From Bispira polyomma (lineage: Eukaryota), in assembly GCA_965649765.1 (NCBI GenBank), contig OZ287751.1:39184001-39248000 (forward strand): a stretch of DNA of 64,000 nucleotides, in the 5' to 3' direction. Below, one piece after another: positions 61,567-64,000 of this stretch. The notes under the pieces were generated by a model, which was not told where the DNA came from, did no database searches, and was given only the letters and a program-made list of their open reading frames with translations. The first letter of the stretch is position 1; each line of letters starts with the position of its first letter. Made by a program: the position numbers and the translations under genes.

Positions 61567-62459
61567 AAATGATTTATTATACATAAAATGTTTACATTTT
61601 ACCAAGTCAACATATTTAACTTATTTTCTTTGAGTAAGTGAGTATAATTTTGAAAAGTACATATATTTGCATTATATTGTTTTTTCCCCACCATTCCAAG
61701 CGTATCTTTGAGGGATTGTTTTGCTTTAAAAAGATGGTGCTGTGAGGATGAGGATTTAGTATTTACAAATTATTCATTACAGAGTATTTTATGGTTTTGC
61801 ATTGTGTATTCATATGCCAAAATCCAATATGGCTGCTGCACCCTGTCCAGTGAAAATCTACAATCATTGTTAATAACCCTTTGACCTGTTTTGTTAAAGC
61901 AGCAATAATGTATACATATGAGGTTCACATCTTTTCGAGTGTTATTGTACCACAATTTTATTCGTAATTAGGAGAAATGTTAAAAAAGGTTTATGTATAT
62001 TATAATGAGTTTTGATGTATAACTTAGAGATGTCAGATTGTTAACAATGTATGTTATGGATGCACATATGGGTATAGTTTATACATGTTTACTTCTACAT
62101 TGTGCTTTAAATGTTATAGGATTATATACCTTACAGGCCAACTGTGTAACAAGGCATTTTCAGTCTTTCACACATTAAGTTTAAAATTTAGTGAAGTTTA
62201 TGTAATTCTATGTTTGTTTTAGTCTTTAATGAAACTATACTAGATTATGGCTATGACTGTTATTCTCTGTATTTTTGTATTTCCCAATAAAACGAGTAAG
62301 AGTACATCATTGTCTTTCTATTCACATTATCTTCTTTGTGCTGGGTGGTGGGGGTGTAGTCATAACACGCCTTGATTTTCGGTCCCAGGTCTTACAGTAT
62401 CAATTTTTTTATTGTGAATTCCGACAAACCTGGTTGGTAGCTAATTTCTCCTAATTCTT

Positions 62460-63138
62460 CATCGTCTCCTGCTATTATCAAATTCGGGACCTCGAAAGAA
62501 TCAGAAATGATCTGTCACTAGATACTGCTATCACTTTGTCCAATGCTCTAAACGTTAGTAGCCGCCTTGACTATTGTAATTCTCTTCTGTTTGGAGCTAA
62601 TAAGTCCCATATAAACACGTTGCAGTCCATTCAAAATTATCTATGTACAGTCATTTTTCGTTTGGGTATCCGTACTGATGTAACTCCATACCTCAAGCAA
62701 CTCTATTGGCTTCCAATTCACTATCGAATCCTGTTTAAATGCACGCAACTACCTTTAGCTGTTGTCTCAACAACCTGCTTACCTTGTTACAAAACTCTCC
62801 TTCAGCAAACTTAAACGGGGAAAGAGACTCTGTTTCCTCTATAAAACCCACCAAGAGGGTCGGATCTAGAACCTTCTCGGTCGACGCCCCTCTGCTATGG
62901 AACTACCTTCCAGTTGAACTTAGAATGCTTAAAACACTTTATGGATTTAGAAAAAAGCTCAAAACCTATCTCTTCAGGCTCGCCTATCCTCCATAGTCCT
63001 CTCTCTGGGTGCTGACGCATCCATTCTTACGACCTGGCTATTGTTTATAGATTTTTTGCTGGCTGATCGATTCTGATGTTGCGCCTTAGGAGATGCCTAG
63101 CATCAATAAGGCATGTTAAAAATGAACAATACAATACA
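62460..63138 (+). mobile_element. 5'-truncated L2/CR1-group LINE
   Basis: SSRLDYCNSLLFG, LYWLPIHYRILFK, GSRTFSVDAPLLWNYLP, FRKKLKTYLF, (CAATA)n tail. Confidence 0.88.
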
Positions 63139-64000
63139 AAGTCATTCCTCCCTATTCTTTATCAAACTATTGGAAATTCTTCACCATTCACCGTTTTATT
63201 AAATTTCCCCCCAAAATTTGCCATGGTTGGTAGCAGCTGCTTGGAAGTGGTAGCTTGCCACTAAAGATATTTGCCTATATATCATATGCCATCATTCTCC
63301 AAAATTCTCCCATCATACTCGCAGCACCCTCTTCTATATGGGACCTGGTTTTAATTATTATAACACTTCTAGTTACACCTCTATGCTTATGACGGAGGCC
63401 CTACACTATCCTATTTAGTAACTATGACCCATTTTGAGAAATTAACTAGACTTCGCCATTTAATATTTTTTAGCAAACTGTTTATATACTACATATATTG
63501 TATAAAACCTGGGCTTATTACAGATGACATCTATCCCTATTTAGATAAAATTATTTCTGATAAATTACTATTATAATTGTGAACCATGCATCAAAATGTT
63601 TCTGCAGATTATTTTTATTGTTGCCAAAACTTGCCTTTATTTGTCCTAACTGGCTTTGTATCTTGGGTAGACTTGATTTAAGTACGTGTCTGTGACTTTA
63701 ATATAATGAGACACAATGAGACACAGCTTGTCTTAAGACTGAAGGGCAGACTCGAATTAAGTACGTGTATGTTACTATAATATATGAGTACATAGTGAGA
63801 CAGAATCAAAACCTTTTTGACCAAAATCTTACATTTAACAGTCATATTTTGTGATTACAACCCTAGAAGGCCATCTTAGTTGGGACAAAGTTGAGAGAAA
63901 AATCAACACTCATTCACTGGGTTAAAACATATTATAATTTAGTCACACTGCTGTTATAGAATATGTAATTGCATATGTTGAATAATTAATACAAGTTTAT

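Overview
AT-rich metazoan DNA, probably an invertebrate such as a mollusc (inferred from the repeat landscape, not verified). I reconstructed five host genes by hand from splice sites. Two are 5-exon paralogues for a secreted DsbA/thioredoxin-fold protein with a CxxS site (A1, + 14329-23238; A2, - 53559-49736). Two are single-pass LRR membrane receptors without a TIR domain (L1, - 35380-31881; L2, + 57998-60504). One is an intronless, motif-degenerate class A GPCR (+ 48116-49159). The interleaved order A+ L- G+ A- L+ can be explained by one inversion. Mobile DNA includes a structurally complete but mutated DIRS retrotransposon (2017-8204) with ITRs, ICR and a readable CAA junction, a decayed PIF/Harbinger element, and three Helentron/HINE-type elements carrying a ~142-bp satellite. 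There is also a 1.5-kb foldback element, many MITEs, tRNA-derived SINEs and L2-like LINE tails. The most unusual signal is that three of the four spliced genes carry an unrelated minisatellite whose unit is a copy of the gene's own exon-intron junction, giving arrays of tandem splice donors or acceptors with the functional site at the exon-proximal end. All gene models are manual and have no RNA support.
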